Shown here: positions 17,722 through 29,472 of the stretch, piece after piece
How positions within the stretch are numbered: the first letter of the stretch is position 1
How the letters are laid out: every line of letters starts with the position of its first letter
Source of the DNA: Syntrophales bacterium
GTDB lineage: Bacteria > Desulfobacterota > Syntrophia > Syntrophales > UBA2210
Direction of reading: 5' to 3'
Length of the DNA stretch: 64,000 nucleotides
NCBI GenBank assembly: GCA_963666365.2
Contig: CAXXNF010000002.1
Location: 1,056,001 to 1,120,000, forward strand
Position numbers and translations under genes: made by a program
Notes under the pieces: model-generated
Databases searched by the model: none
What the model saw: only the letters and a program-made list of their open reading frames with translations
Told to the model about the DNA's origin: nothing

Positions 17722-19574
17722 TTACGGCGCAGGCACGTTAATGAGGGTGTCCACCATGGTAACCGAAGCGTACAGGCCCAAGGCTCAACCGTCCAGCGTT
17801 GTTGTTCCCAGTGCGCCGGAAGTCGAGATCGTAACACCGGCGCTGGCAATGATGGTTCCCACCATGTGGCATTGATTTTCAATGCGCGCGGCGCTCCCCA
17901 CGTACCATAAGACGTTCTTGGCCTGGGCGCCGTTGATCAGGGTAATTCTGCGGACGTCTCCCGGGGCGCCGATAGTGAGTGACGCCGGCGCCTGGAAGAT
18001 CCAGACCGCATTCGCATCGCCCTGACCGTCGAGTGTCAGATCCGATCCCGTCAGGAGATAGTTGCCGGCCCCCGGTGCCAGGTAGATGCCCGGGGCAACC
18101 GTGAGCCCGCCCAGATTGTTGCCGATACTCGCACCTCCCGGCAGCGATCCGGGAGAGAGATTATTAAACGCAATGAGCGCATCGGCAGCGGCAGCGTCCG
18201 CAATTGTCTTTGTGACCGCATTTCCGCCCACAGCCGCGCCCCCCGGAGGCGGGGCATCCGTGTAGATCCTGCCGTTCACCATTCCGTCATTGAACGGCGT
18301 TGTCGTATAGATGTCGCCTACCGAATCCTGAAATCCGGTTACCGTAGTCGAAACACCTGTGGTCCCGAGATCCCCATTTACGATGGTAAGAATCCCCTGG
18401 TTGGTAACACCGGCCCCGCCTCCGAAACCTCCGAACGGTTGGCCCGCGCCGAGGGCTACCGGCTCGGCACATATCGTTGCGCCTGTCGTAAAGGTCCATA
18501 CTTTTTTAACTGCCAGGGCACTGCCGGCCAAATCTTTTGCCCCGGTGGTGATCGTGGCGGTATAGGAGGTATTACCCGCAAGATCGAAGGTCCGGTTAAG
18601 GGTCGCAACATTCGTCACCGGATCATAGGCGACCGTCCCTACCAATACCGGACCCAACGGGGGACCGCTTGCTTGCAGCGTAAAGATGGCATTGTTGAGC
18701 GTGAACGGATCCATCGGCTCGCTGAAGGTGGCGTTGATGGTCTTGTTGATACACACACCTGCGTCAAGATTAGCAGGGTTCGTCGAAATCACTGTGGGAG
18801 GGGTGCTGTCTGGGGCCGCACCGTGTCAAAGGTCCATACATAGTTCGTTGCCAATGCATTTCCGGCCAGATCCGTTGCCCCGGTGGTGATCGTGGCGGTA
18901 AATGTGGTAAAGCCCGCAAGACCAAGAACGCTCGCAGGCGTGAAGGTCGCGGTAGCGCCGGCGTAAACCACTGTGCCTGCCACGGGCGTTATGCCGGGTC
19001 CTGTCACCGTAAAGGATGTCGTGCTGATCGTTAAGGGGTCCATCGCTTCACTGAAGGTTGCGCTGATTTTCTTGTTGGTCGCGATACCAGTGGCAGCATT
19101 CGCAGGGTCTGTGAAAGTCACCGCGGGTGCGGTGATGTCTGGGGCCGCACCGGTGGTAAAGGTCCAGACATAGTCCGTTGCCAGTGGATTGCCGTACAGG
19201 TTTTTGGCCCCGGTCGTGATCGTGGCGGTATAGGGGGTGAGGGGTGCGAGAGCGATTAGCGGTGTAAAGACCGCAGTTACGCTGGAGTAGGCCACTGTGC
19301 CTGAAACAGGCGCTGCCCCTTGATATAAGGTAAACGTTGTCGTGTTGATCGTCGCGGGGTCCATCGCCCCACTAAAGGTTGCGGTGAGTTTGTTGCCGAT
19401 CGGCACACCTACGGCGCCATTAACAGGGACTGTTGAACTTACCGAGTCTACGACGGGTACGAAGGGTGTATTCCAAGTCCCTCATCCTCCGTCGCCTCCG
19501 CATCCTGTAACTAAAAAACCACCCAGAAGTAAGATAAATACAAGATACATTTTTTGAGCCTTAAGCTTTTTCAT
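17722..19574 (-). pseudogene. Lipoprotein with three Ig-like (Big_5/SbsA type) repeats and a DUF3494 ice-binding-like domain; three lesions
   Basis: Lipobox LVTGC; repeated ATFSEAMDP...TATITTGAxDLAGN units; DUF3494 motifs LTLDGQGDANAVWIFQ, AKNVLWYVGSAA. TGA at 19482-19484, 1-bp loss near 18824, TGA at 17785-17787, true stop at 17722. Confidence 0.85.
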
Positions 19575-19720
19575 AACTGCTCCTCCCTCTATACTTCAAT
19601 CTTTTGTTATTACTGCTATTGTTTTTAAAACCTAAACTAACCTTACCAAAGGTTCTTTTAAAAATCAGGGGTTCGGGTCTACGGCCGTCGCCGTAGACCA
19701 TTTGTGGGGGATAACGGCAC

Positions 19721-20038
19721 CTATTTTTTCACATTGAGATTATTCTTTACAGAATTGACGCCTCCGACGCTTCTTGCAATTTTAACCGCATTATCAACGG
19801 CCTTTTGGGAATCAACAAACCCGCTCAGCTGCACGACGCCCTTGTAAGTTTCCACCCCGATCTCGAATGACTTGAGAAAATCATCGGCGGCCAGCAGAGA
19901 CTTGACCTTGGTCGTGATGACCGAATCGTCGACATATTCCCCGGTGCTCGACTGTTTGGATGTCGATGCGCAGCTCACGAAGGTGAGCAGGGCGATGATA
20001 AGAACCAAACTTCCAATAATCATATGTTTCGTTTTCAT
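19721..20038 (-). CDS. BON-domain lipoprotein (OsmY-like)
   Basis: Lipobox FVSC; DDSVITTKVKS...VETYKGVVQLSGFV...VKNNL. Confidence 0.92.
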   Translation of the reverse strand: MKTKHMIIGSLVLIIALLTFVSCASTSKQSSTGEYVDDSVITTKVKSLLAADDFLKSFEIGVETYKGVVQLSGFVDSQKAVDNAVKIARSVGGVNSVKNNLNVKK

Positions 20039-20096
20039 GATTTATAGTCCTTTCTTTTTTAAGATGCGTAATTTTGAATGGCTTCGTATCGGCGGA

Positions 20097-20246
20097 TCAC
20101 ACCTGCCGGCGGCCTTGAATAACCTGGATCAGCACCACGATGATGGCAATCACCAGCAGGGCGTGAATGACGCCGCCCAGCGTGTAGCCGGTCATCAGTC
20201 CCAGGCCCCATAGAATCAAAAGTATCACGAATATTGTCCAAAGCAT
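20097..20246 (-). CDS. Small membrane protein, lmo0937/DUF5670-like (49 aa)
   Basis: Manual translation MLWTIFVILLILWGLGLMTGYTLGGVIHALLVIAIIVVLIQVIQGRRQV with an AGGAGG RBS; below the ORF-track cutoff. Confidence 0.88.
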   Translation of the reverse strand: MLWTIFVILLILWGLGLMTGYTLGGVIHALLVIAIIVVLIQVIQGRRQV

Positions 20247-20288
20247 GTTGACCTCCTTTGAGACGCCTTCAATTGTTGGCGTCTTTGA

Positions 20289-20468
20289 TTACTTATCGAA
20301 AACTTTCTCGATATCGCCGGCCTTCTCTTGAACTTTGCCGCCTGTGTTTTCATCTTTTCCTTCGGTTTCCAGTTCGGGACTATCGGTTATCTTGCCGACG
20401 ACCTCCTTGATCTTTCCCTTGAATTGGTGAAGCTTGCCTTGCACTTTGTCTCTTGTGCTTGATTTCAT
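20289..20468 (-). CDS. CsbD-family stress protein (59 aa)
   Basis: Manual translation MKSSTRDKVQGKLHQFKGKIKEVVGKITDSPELETEGKDENTGGKVQEKAGDIEKVFDK with an AAGGAG RBS. Confidence 0.9.
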   Translation of the reverse strand: MKSSTRDKVQGKLHQFKGKIKEVVGKITDSPELETEGKDENTGGKVQEKAGDIEKVFDK

Positions 20469-20487
20469 GGCATGTCTCCTTCTGACA

Positions 20488-20953
20488 TTAGGGTTTGTCG
20501 AATTCGGCTACCGCATTATTGTAGGCGCCGGCCAAATCCTTCATTGCGGCATCAATACCTGATTTAAATTGGTCCCATGCACTTCCACCGGAAGCACCCA
20601 GCTCCTTCATCTTTTCGGACACCGCGTCGCGTTTCTGGCGCAATGCGGCCAGTTGCTGCTCGGCCTTCACTTGAGCATCGCCGCCCAGCTTTTCAGCGCG
20701 TTCCTGCAGGTGATCAATTTTTTTGTCATACTCCCCGAGCCTGGTCTCCATGGCCTGCCGGAAGGCCTGAACCTGCTCCTGGGTGTAGGCCTTGGTGGCT
20801 TCATAGGCCTCCTTGGTCTCCTGTGTGACATCCTCCCTGGACACGCCTTCCGCCGCGCTCTGAGGCTTTTCTTTCTCACCACACCCGGTGACGGCTACCA
20901 AGGCCGCCATCAACAGAACTATCAATAATCTTTTTACACACATTTGTTTGATA

Positions 20954-20961
<8 letters not shown>
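20488..20961 (-). CDS. Coiled-coil lipoprotein of unknown function
   Basis: GGAGG RBS before MADIKQ; lipobox VTGC; helical repeat ending [13 protein letters not shown]. Confidence 0.8.
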
Positions 20962-22900
<1,939 letters not shown>

Positions 22901-22959
22901 GTTCTATCCTTTTCAACAAATTCTATCGATTTGGGTGTGCGTAAACTTAAAACACCGAC

Positions 22960-23310
22960 TCATTTTTTGATAAGAAGCTCAAGTCCATCGCAACATGCTC
23001 GTTTCACGGCATAGTCAGCCTCCTTTTGCCCGGGCATTTTATCCCATCCCCCTTTTTCGATGAATTCAGCTCTCTTCCATGAATCTATTGCTTTGAATTC
23101 CTTGAGTTTCTCTTCATGGTTCGGCTGCCTCATAAATTGGGCGACGCAGATTGCCGCCTGACTTGCCAAAACCGCTTCTTCGGTCATCGTTTTGGTCGTG
23201 GCGGACGTTGTCCAGCCTCCCCAGGCAAAACCGATGATCATTACGATGACGGCCCCGCAAATAAGACCCCAAACCCCATACTTAACTTTTCCCGCATTTT
23301 CCGGTTTCAT
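22960..23310 (-). CDS. Small membrane-anchored hypothetical protein
   Basis: GGAGG RBS before MKPENAG; one TM segment ending IIGFAWGGW; possible Cys pair. Confidence 0.75.
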   Translation of the reverse strand: MKPENAGKVKYGVWGLICGAVIVMIIGFAWGGWTTSATTKTMTEEAVLASQAAICVAQFMRQPNHEEKLKEFKAIDSWKRAEFIEKGGWDKMPGQKEADYAVKRACCDGLELLIKK

Positions 23311-23482
23311 TGATACTACCTCCGTGAATGATGTTGTGATATTTTTACCTGTGATGACCCCGTGACCCATAAATGAGATGTGGTCATCGCCCCTGCCTGC
23401 ACATTTGTTTTCTTTTTAACCATCACCGTTATTTTCCCCCGAGACCGCTTTAACGCCCTGTTTCCGCGATCCGGCCCTCTTG

Positions 23483-24463
23483 TTAATCTACCGCCACTGG
23501 CATCTGCGCCTGGTTTGGATTCGCGTTCTTGATGTATCGATAAAAGTCGCTGTCCGTGGTCAGGATCAACACCGAGTTCATGTTGGTCTTCTCCTTGTAG
23601 CTTTCAAGGGTGCGTAAAAAGGCATAGAATTCCGGATTTTTATTGTACGCTCGGCCGTATATGCGCGTAGCCTCGGCGTCGGCTCTACCCTGGACCTCCT
23701 GCACCTTGCGGTAAGCGGTTGAGCGGATCTGGCGCAGCTCTTTTTCCATTGTGCCCAGGATCTCTGCGCTGCGTCCCTCCCCTTCGGAGCGGAACTGCGC
23801 GGCGATGCGCTTGCGCTCGGAAATCATGCGCTCATAGACCTTTTCGCGGACGCTTTCCACGTAGTCGAGGCGCTTGATACGCACATCCACCAGTTCGATG
23901 CCGTATTGCGGAATGATCTTCTGTGCCTCAGTCAGTATCGTGCGGGTGATCTCCTCCCTGCCGCGGGCAATCTCCCTTTTAAGCTCTTCTTCGCGCTCCT
24001 TTGGGACCTCCTTCAAGGCCTCGTCCTCGGGCACTTCCCACGAGGCGCTGCGCACGAGCTCCACGAGTTCACTGCTCGACACCTGATCGCGCACCACTGA
24101 ATCAAGGATATCGTTCAAGCGTGACTGAGCGCCTTCTTCGCTGGCCACGTTCTCCAGGAATTTTTTCGCGTCGGCAATTCGCCATCTGGCGGTGGTGTCC
24201 ACCCAGATGAACTCGCGTCCCTTGGTGGGAACCTGATTCGGATCACCATCCCAGACCAGCAAGCGCTTTTCAAACCCGCGGACCTCCTGCACAAAGGGCA
24301 GTTTCATATGCAAGCCCGCCTCGGTTATCGGTTCCCCGACGGGACGGCCGAACTGCACGACGATCGCCTGCATTCCTTCTTCCAGAGTGTAAAGCGCGCT
24401 ATTGAGCACGATAATAACCACCACCGTCAGGCCGATGATCGCTGCTTTCAAGGTAAACTTCAT
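23483..24463 (-). CDS. hflC: FtsH modulator HflC
   Basis: SPFH domain; MISERKRIAAQFRSEG; PEFYAFLRTLESY. Confidence 0.95.
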   Translation of the reverse strand: MKFTLKAAIIGLTVVVIIVLNSALYTLEEGMQAIVVQFGRPVGEPITEAGLHMKLPFVQEVRGFEKRLLVWDGDPNQVPTKGREFIWVDTTARWRIADAKKFLENVASEEGAQSRLNDILDSVVRDQVSSSELVELVRSASWEVPEDEALKEVPKEREEELKREIARGREEITRTILTEAQKIIPQYGIELVDVRIKRLDYVESVREKVYERMISERKRIAAQFRSEGEGRSAEILGTMEKELRQIRSTAYRKVQEVQGRADAEATRIYGRAYNKNPEFYAFLRTLESYKEKTNMNSVLILTTDSDFYRYIKNANPNQAQMPVAVD

Positions 24464-25506
24464 GGCTTCCTCCCTTCCACTGATCGCTGCGCCCCGGATT
24501 CCAGTGAGAACCAGGGGACCATGGCCTGCTGATCTTTGTCCACGATATAGAGCCCTTTTATATCCGACAACAAACCGGTCATGGCCTCCAGGTACAGCCG
24601 CCGGCGTGTGACCTGTGGCGCTTCCAGATATTGTTTTAAAATGGACTCAAACCGGGTGGCCTCCCCTTCGGCCCGGTTTACGCGCTCCAGGGCATAGCCT
24701 TCGGCCTCACTGATGCTTTGCGCCGCTACGCCCCTTGCTTTGGGAATTTCGCGGTTGGCCTGCTCCTGAGCTTTATTGATGGTACGCTCTTTGTCCTGGC
24801 GCGACTCATTGACTTCATTGAAAGCCGGCTTGACCGTGTCCGGCGGGGTGACGTCCTGAAGTTCCACGGTCACCAGACGCACGCCGGTTTCATAGGCAGT
24901 CAGAATTTTCTGGATTTCGGTTTTGGCTTCACTGGCCACCGCCACTCGCCCTGTGGTCAGCACATCGCTGCCCAGACGGTTACCGACGGCGCGGCGCATC
25001 ACCGCCTCTGTGGTGTCGCGGATGGTTTTCGATGTATCGCGGACCTGAAACAGATAACGGATCGGGTCTTCTATGCGGTATTGGATAATCCACTGGACAT
25101 CGATGACGTTCAGGTCTCCGGTAAGCATGAGTGACTCATCCTTGTAGCCGCCGCGCGTATCATAACGGGTTTTTTCGCCGGGGACGGCGGACACCGTTCG
25201 AAAGCCAAATTCCTCTTTGAGTACACGGGCCGTGGGCAGCAAACGGACCTTTTCGATGCCGTAGGGCAATTTAAAATGCAGCCCCGGACCGGCCGTGCGC
25301 ATGACCCTGCCGAAGCGTTGCACGATACCCGTCTCCTCGGGTTGAACGGTGAACCATGCGGTCCATAAAACCACCACCGCCACCAACACCACGGCGAGAA
25401 TCAGGACCGGCCCGCCTTTAAATTTTTTAAATTGCTGCCGAACTATCTCCAACACTTCTTCCAGCGTCGGCGGCGCCCCCCCCGGGGGTTGATTCCATTC
25501 AGTCAT
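24460..25506 (-). CDS. hflK: FtsH modulator HflK
   Basis: SPFH domain; MLTGDLN; APQVTRRRLYLE; overlaps hflC. Confidence 0.95.
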   Translation of the reverse strand: MTEWNQPPGGAPPTLEEVLEIVRQQFKKFKGGPVLILAVVLVAVVVLWTAWFTVQPEETGIVQRFGRVMRTAGPGLHFKLPYGIEKVRLLPTARVLKEEFGFRTVSAVPGEKTRYDTRGGYKDESLMLTGDLNVIDVQWIIQYRIEDPIRYLFQVRDTSKTIRDTTEAVMRRAVGNRLGSDVLTTGRVAVASEAKTEIQKILTAYETGVRLVTVELQDVTPPDTVKPAFNEVNESRQDKERTINKAQEQANREIPKARGVAAQSISEAEGYALERVNRAEGEATRFESILKQYLEAPQVTRRRLYLEAMTGLLSDIKGLYIVDKDQQAMVPWFSLESGAQRSVEGRKP

Positions 25507-25590
25507 AACGTACCTCCTGATAATTTAGATCGATACTTGCGTGTTTAAAGTGAAGGTCATTCAGTCTCATTGAATTTTTACTCCCTTTGC

Positions 25591-27069
25591 TCAAAGAATA
25601 TGCAGCTCGCATACCCTCCGGTAATGGTAGCCGTAGATAGCCAGGGTAACCGCCAGGGGAAGCATCCTGGGCCTGCGCGCCAGGGTCCATGCCAACAGCC
25701 CCCAGTAGTAGAGTCTTTCCTTGCCCAGAATGCCCAGCCGCAGGCTTGCCCGCCAGAACGCGAGGATGCGCTGCCAATCAACGGGAGTGGTCGCCGCCGG
25801 CATCTTGAGTTCCTCCAAAATACGTCTGACGCGCTGGTAGTATTGGCGCGGCGAATAGATCTGTTGCATAACGGCGCGATACCCATCGATCAGCTTGTCC
25901 ATTCCCATGGCCGGGATAATATTGGTGCGGCCGTCCACGTTGTCGCCGGAAAACTCCTCCGATACGCGATGCTCTGATGCAAGGCGTTTGAACAAGCGGG
26001 TGCCCGGAGGGGCCTGAAGCATGCCCACCATGGCCGTCACGATGCCGCTTTGCTGAATGAAATCGATCTGACGCTGAAAAATCGAGGGCGGATCGCTGTC
26101 GAAGCCCACGATAAAGCCGCCCATCACCTGCAATCCGTAGCGGTGTATTTTTTTGATATCCTGGAGCAGATCCCTGTTTTTATTATGCGTCTTGCCGCAT
26201 TCAGTGAGACTGTTTGCATCCGGCGTCTCGATGCCGATAAAAACGGAATCGAAGCCGGCCGCGGCCATCATGTCCATGAGTTCAGGATCATCGGCGAGGT
26301 TGATCGATGCTTCCGTAAAAAATACGCATCCTTTTTTATCCTTGCGCCAGTGGATCAGGGCCGGCAGCAAATGCTCCTTAAGGGCTCGTTTGTTGCCGAT
26401 AAAATTGTCGTCCACAAAAAAGATATTGCCGTGCCAGCCTGTCTGGTACATTGCGTCCAGTTCAGCGACTATTTGCCGCGGCGTCTTGATGCGCGGCGTG
26501 CGTCCGAAAAGCGCCGTGATGTTGCAGAACTCACAATTGAAAGGACATCCTCTGGAGTACTGAATGTTCAACGAGGCATAGCGACGGGTATCGATCAAGC
26601 CCCACAACGGGATCGGGCTCTGGTGGATGTCGGGATATTCGTCGGCCTTGTACATTCTTTTGGGGCATCCCTTGGCCAAATCGGCGATAAAGTCCGGCAG
26701 CGTGGCCTCGGCTTCGTCTAAAACCAAGTGATCCACCTGCTCGAAATCATGGGGCTGCGCCGTGAAAAGCGGCCCCCCGGCCACAACTTTCAGGCCCCTG
26801 CCTTTGCACCGGTCGATGATATGAACGGCCGATGTACGCTGAACCGCCATTGCGCTGACAAAGGCCATGTCGGCCCATGCAAGATCGTCGTCGCCAAGAG
26901 TCTCCACGTTCAGGTCGACAAGGCGGATTTGAAATTGTTTCGGCAACATGGCCGCAACAGTAATCAGGCCCAGCGGCGGAAAGGCCGCTTTCTTTCCAAT
27001 GAAAGGCAGCGCATGCGAAAAGGACCAAAACGTATCGGGAAACTTTGGGTACGCAAGCAGAACGTTCAT
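25591..27069 (-). CDS. B12-binding domain radical SAM protein (DUF4070-type C-terminus)
   Basis: PPLGLITVAA N-terminal motif; RGCPFNCEFC cluster motif; FFVDDNFIG. Confidence 0.92.
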   Translation of the reverse strand: MNVLLAYPKFPDTFWSFSHALPFIGKKAAFPPLGLITVAAMLPKQFQIRLVDLNVETLGDDDLAWADMAFVSAMAVQRTSAVHIIDRCKGRGLKVVAGGPLFTAQPHDFEQVDHLVLDEAEATLPDFIADLAKGCPKRMYKADEYPDIHQSPIPLWGLIDTRRYASLNIQYSRGCPFNCEFCNITALFGRTPRIKTPRQIVAELDAMYQTGWHGNIFFVDDNFIGNKRALKEHLLPALIHWRKDKKGCVFFTEASINLADDPELMDMMAAAGFDSVFIGIETPDANSLTECGKTHNKNRDLLQDIKKIHRYGLQVMGGFIVGFDSDPPSIFQRQIDFIQQSGIVTAMVGMLQAPPGTRLFKRLASEHRVSEEFSGDNVDGRTNIIPAMGMDKLIDGYRAVMQQIYSPRQYYQRVRRILEELKMPAATTPVDWQRILAFWRASLRLGILGKERLYYWGLLAWTLARRPRMLPLAVTLAIYGYHYRRVCELHIL

Positions 27070-27434
27070 TTGACAAGCCTCCATTGTTCATCGATCGGGA
27101 ATAGCGTTGCGTTTTTCCCCCTGGCCACATGAATGGCATCCATTCCCTCCGAATGAGAAACCGTGTGAATCTGAATTTCCAATGGAGCTCTTAAAAGGGC
27201 CTTTGTTCCTAACAGGATGCCAAAACGATGAGATGCGATATGATGATCCAGATCTTTACGGGTTTTCCACTCCTCCAGCAGGCAAAAACGGTTTTTATCT
27301 TCGATATCGGCAAAAATGCTATAACTTATGCACCCCGTCTCCTTTGCCGTCGGCTCGATCAAGGCGATAAGTGTTTGCATCATTTCCAGGTGCTTGCCCG
27401 GAATTACGTTCATGGTGATTTTCATGGCGATCAT
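27066..27434 (-). CDS. Antibiotic biosynthesis monooxygenase (ABM) domain protein
   Basis: ETGCISY...LLEEW...HHIAS pattern of ABM folds; GGGAGG RBS. Confidence 0.8.
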   Translation of the reverse strand: MIAMKITMNVIPGKHLEMMQTLIALIEPTAKETGCISYSIFADIEDKNRFCLLEEWKTRKDLDHHIASHRFGILLGTKALLRAPLEIQIHTVSHSEGMDAIHVARGKNATLFPIDEQWRLVK

Positions 27435-27559
27435 TATGATACCCTCCCCGAAATGCCGGCATTTTCCATTAACTCACGATTGCGACCAAGGTTCGTTTCT
27501 TTTCCCTGGCCGAAAGGGCGTTCAACAGGGTCCGCAACGCACCGGCTGCTCGGCCCTGC

Positions 27560-27673
27560 TTACCGTTGACCTTGCCGATATCTGCTTTTATGAATGACGG
27601 TCCTTACATACAATCTATACCGAAGCCGACGCATACTGTTGGCCAGCTTCTGTGGAAATTTATTATCTCTCAT
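27560..27673 (-). CDS. Putative 37-aa basic peptide, first ORF of the stress gene run
   Basis: AAAAGGAG RBS 8 nt before ATG; MRDNKFPQKLANSMRRLRYRLYVRTVIHKSRYRQGQR. Confidence 0.4.
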   Translation of the reverse strand: MRDNKFPQKLANSMRRLRYRLYVRTVIHKSRYRQGQR

Positions 27674-27761
27674 GTCTAATTCTCCTTTTTCCCTGCAAAC
27701 GATCGCCTGGGTGAAAGCTATCCCAGGAAAAAAATTGGGGCTTCTATATGGTACTGTTAAG

Positions 27762-27777
27762 ATCAAACTTCATGCCA
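27762..27777 (-). promoter_or_regulatory. sigma54 promoter of the stress gene run
   Basis: TGGCATGAAGTTTGAT; matches the cgs element at 14 of 16 positions. Confidence 0.65.
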
Positions 27778-27874
27778 GATCTTAACTATTGGATATTTTT
27801 TGCATCATGCTGATTTATAAGGGGAACACGCAGAAAGAAGACTCACGGGCTGTTATAAACACTCATGGAAACTG

Positions 27875-27905
27875 TGTCACATTTAACCAATGGTCATATA
27901 TGACC
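27875..27905. promoter_or_regulatory. Tandem enhancer (UAS) sites
   Basis: Perfect palindrome GGTCATATATGACC (27892-27905) plus a degenerate copy TGTCACATTTAACC 17 bp earlier. Confidence 0.7.
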
Positions 27906-28176
27906 CTTCCCCAAAGAATTTCGAGGCGGGATAAAAAGACAACAGCATAAAAGAAACAAACGTCCACAAGCGTTCGTTTTCCCGGGTACGCGCACCTTTC
28001 ATACCGTACTCAATGGTTTTGCCCAAATGGTCGTGGTGCACATTGGTTTTTGTAATTAATGAATGCGAGCCATTTACATCGAAAGGGGAGATGCTCCATG
28101 GCAGCGATTGTATATCAGACCAGGAAGCAGACGGAAATTACCTGTGCCTATGAATCGCTATCCTAAGAGTGATGCT

Positions 28177-28524
28177 TCATTTAGCATTGTCTCTTATAAA
28201 TTTTTTTTGTTCCATGGGCGTTCCAGAATCTTCTTCATCTTCCGGAACATATTTGCCCCAGAGCGGGTCATTACCGTATTGCCGCCACCACCATCTGTCA
28301 AATTCGGTCCAGGGATCGCGCACACCGAACTCTTCTTTCATTAAAAACGTATAGGCCTTGTTTATATCCTGCATCTTGATATGGGCTTCCTGATCGGGAT
28401 TGACATCGGGATGCCACATTTTTGCGAGTTCCCGATATTTAATCTTGGCATCTTCGGCTGTTGCATGCCTGGAAATGCCCAATATTTTTCTTGCCCTCTC
28501 TACTTTAAGATTCCGATTTTCCAC
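28177..28524 (-). CDS. Small J-domain (DnaJ-like) protein, copy 1
   Basis: YRELAKMWHPD J-domain motif; Trp-rich C-terminal segment. Confidence 0.88.
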   Translation of the reverse strand: MENRNLKVERARKILGISRHATAEDAKIKYRELAKMWHPDVNPDQEAHIKMQDINKAYTFLMKEEFGVRDPWTEFDRWWWRQYGNDPLWGKYVPEDEEDSGTPMEQKKFIRDNAK

Positions 28525-28621
28525 TTTAACTCATTTCTCTCTCAATTCTTTTTTTCACCAATAGAGGAATCGGGATTTTTTGATCGTTCTTTATAAAATG
28601 CTGACTGTGGAAGGATAGATT

Positions 28622-29071
28622 TCATATTTTTCGTGCTCGTGCACCTACATCAGGGTTATTTTCACCAAAATCCTCCAGAAGAATAGCCACGACATTCTCC
28701 CTGGCATTGCCCTGTTCTTCCTGTGATTTAATCAATTGGTAGGCGGCAAACAGCGATGACGGTCCAATTTCAGACGCGAAATGGCCGGCGCCCTGATTCC
28801 AGACGAAAAGACTGAAGAGTTCGTCGAGTTCACGCACTGTTGTGCCTGCCGCATATGCTTTTACCAGTTCCCTCGTTGCCTGTCTGTATCGACCTCCGCC
28901 GACGGCATTGGCAAGTGAAAGAAGGTACTTCGTTTTCTGATCAATAGCCGGATTGTCGTTCCCCCAGATTAGATTCCAAAAATTACCAATAATATTTGAA
29001 AGTCGGCTGTCGGTCTTTCTAAAATTTACAAGGGCCATTGGTTTCAATGGCGGACTGTCTTCTCGTTTCAT
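28622..29071 (-). CDS. Carboxymuconolactone decarboxylase/AhpD-like fold protein
   Basis: AIDQKTKYLLSLANAV...AYAAGTTVRELDE pattern; no CxxC. Confidence 0.6.
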   Translation of the reverse strand: MKREDSPPLKPMALVNFRKTDSRLSNIIGNFWNLIWGNDNPAIDQKTKYLLSLANAVGGGRYRQATRELVKAYAAGTTVRELDELFSLFVWNQGAGHFASEIGPSSLFAAYQLIKSQEEQGNARENVVAILLEDFGENNPDVGARARKI

Positions 29072-29280
29072 TTCGGGTGCCCTTTCTTATGCACTACCCT
29101 GCTGATTGCAGTGACAAGATCGTTCAGATTGATGCCGTAGAGCTTGGCCGCATCTTCCAGTGTGTGAAAGGATTCCGCCGGACACCCAACGCAGAGCATC
29201 CTGCGCTTGATAAAAACGCCGGTCGCCTGCGGGCGCCGTTCCAACAGCTCTTTGATTGTCATTTTTGTATCCGCGTTCAT
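29068..29280 (-). CDS. DUF1858-domain protein
   Basis: MTIKELL..P....VF....MLCVGCP....HTLEDAAKLYGI pattern. Confidence 0.85.
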   Translation of the reverse strand: MNADTKMTIKELLERRPQATGVFIKRRMLCVGCPAESFHTLEDAAKLYGINLNDLVTAISRVVHKKGHPK

Positions 29281-29314
29281 TGTGTGCACACACCACCATC
29301 TTTACAATACATTG

Positions 29315-29334
29315 TCTTTGCGCCGGCGCAAAGA
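29315..29334. promoter_or_regulatory. NnrR-type CRP/FNR binding site
   Basis: Perfect palindrome TCTTTGCGCCGGCGCAAAGA matching CTTTGCG-N4-CGCAAAG, just upstream of the DUF1858 gene. Confidence 0.75.
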
Positions 29335-29472
29335 TAACGGCGGAACTTATAGATTCTCCAAAAAAATAACCAGGGCGTGGGGATCGGTGATAATAATCCG
29401 CTCACGTGTAGATTTTACCCAACCCTTTTTTTCCCAGGCGCTCAGCGTGCGGCTCACAGTATAAAGGGTAGT

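Noticed and set aside
17785..19484. Two in-frame TGAs in the DUF3494 gene as selenocysteine or recoding
   Set aside because: They fall at expected Gly and Arg positions, the gene also has a frameshift, and TGA is used as a normal stop throughout the window.
19676..19699. GGTCTACGG hairpin as a c-di-GMP riboswitch
   Set aside because: The P1 GGCAAA/GCAAA elements are missing; it is a simple 10-bp intergenic stem.
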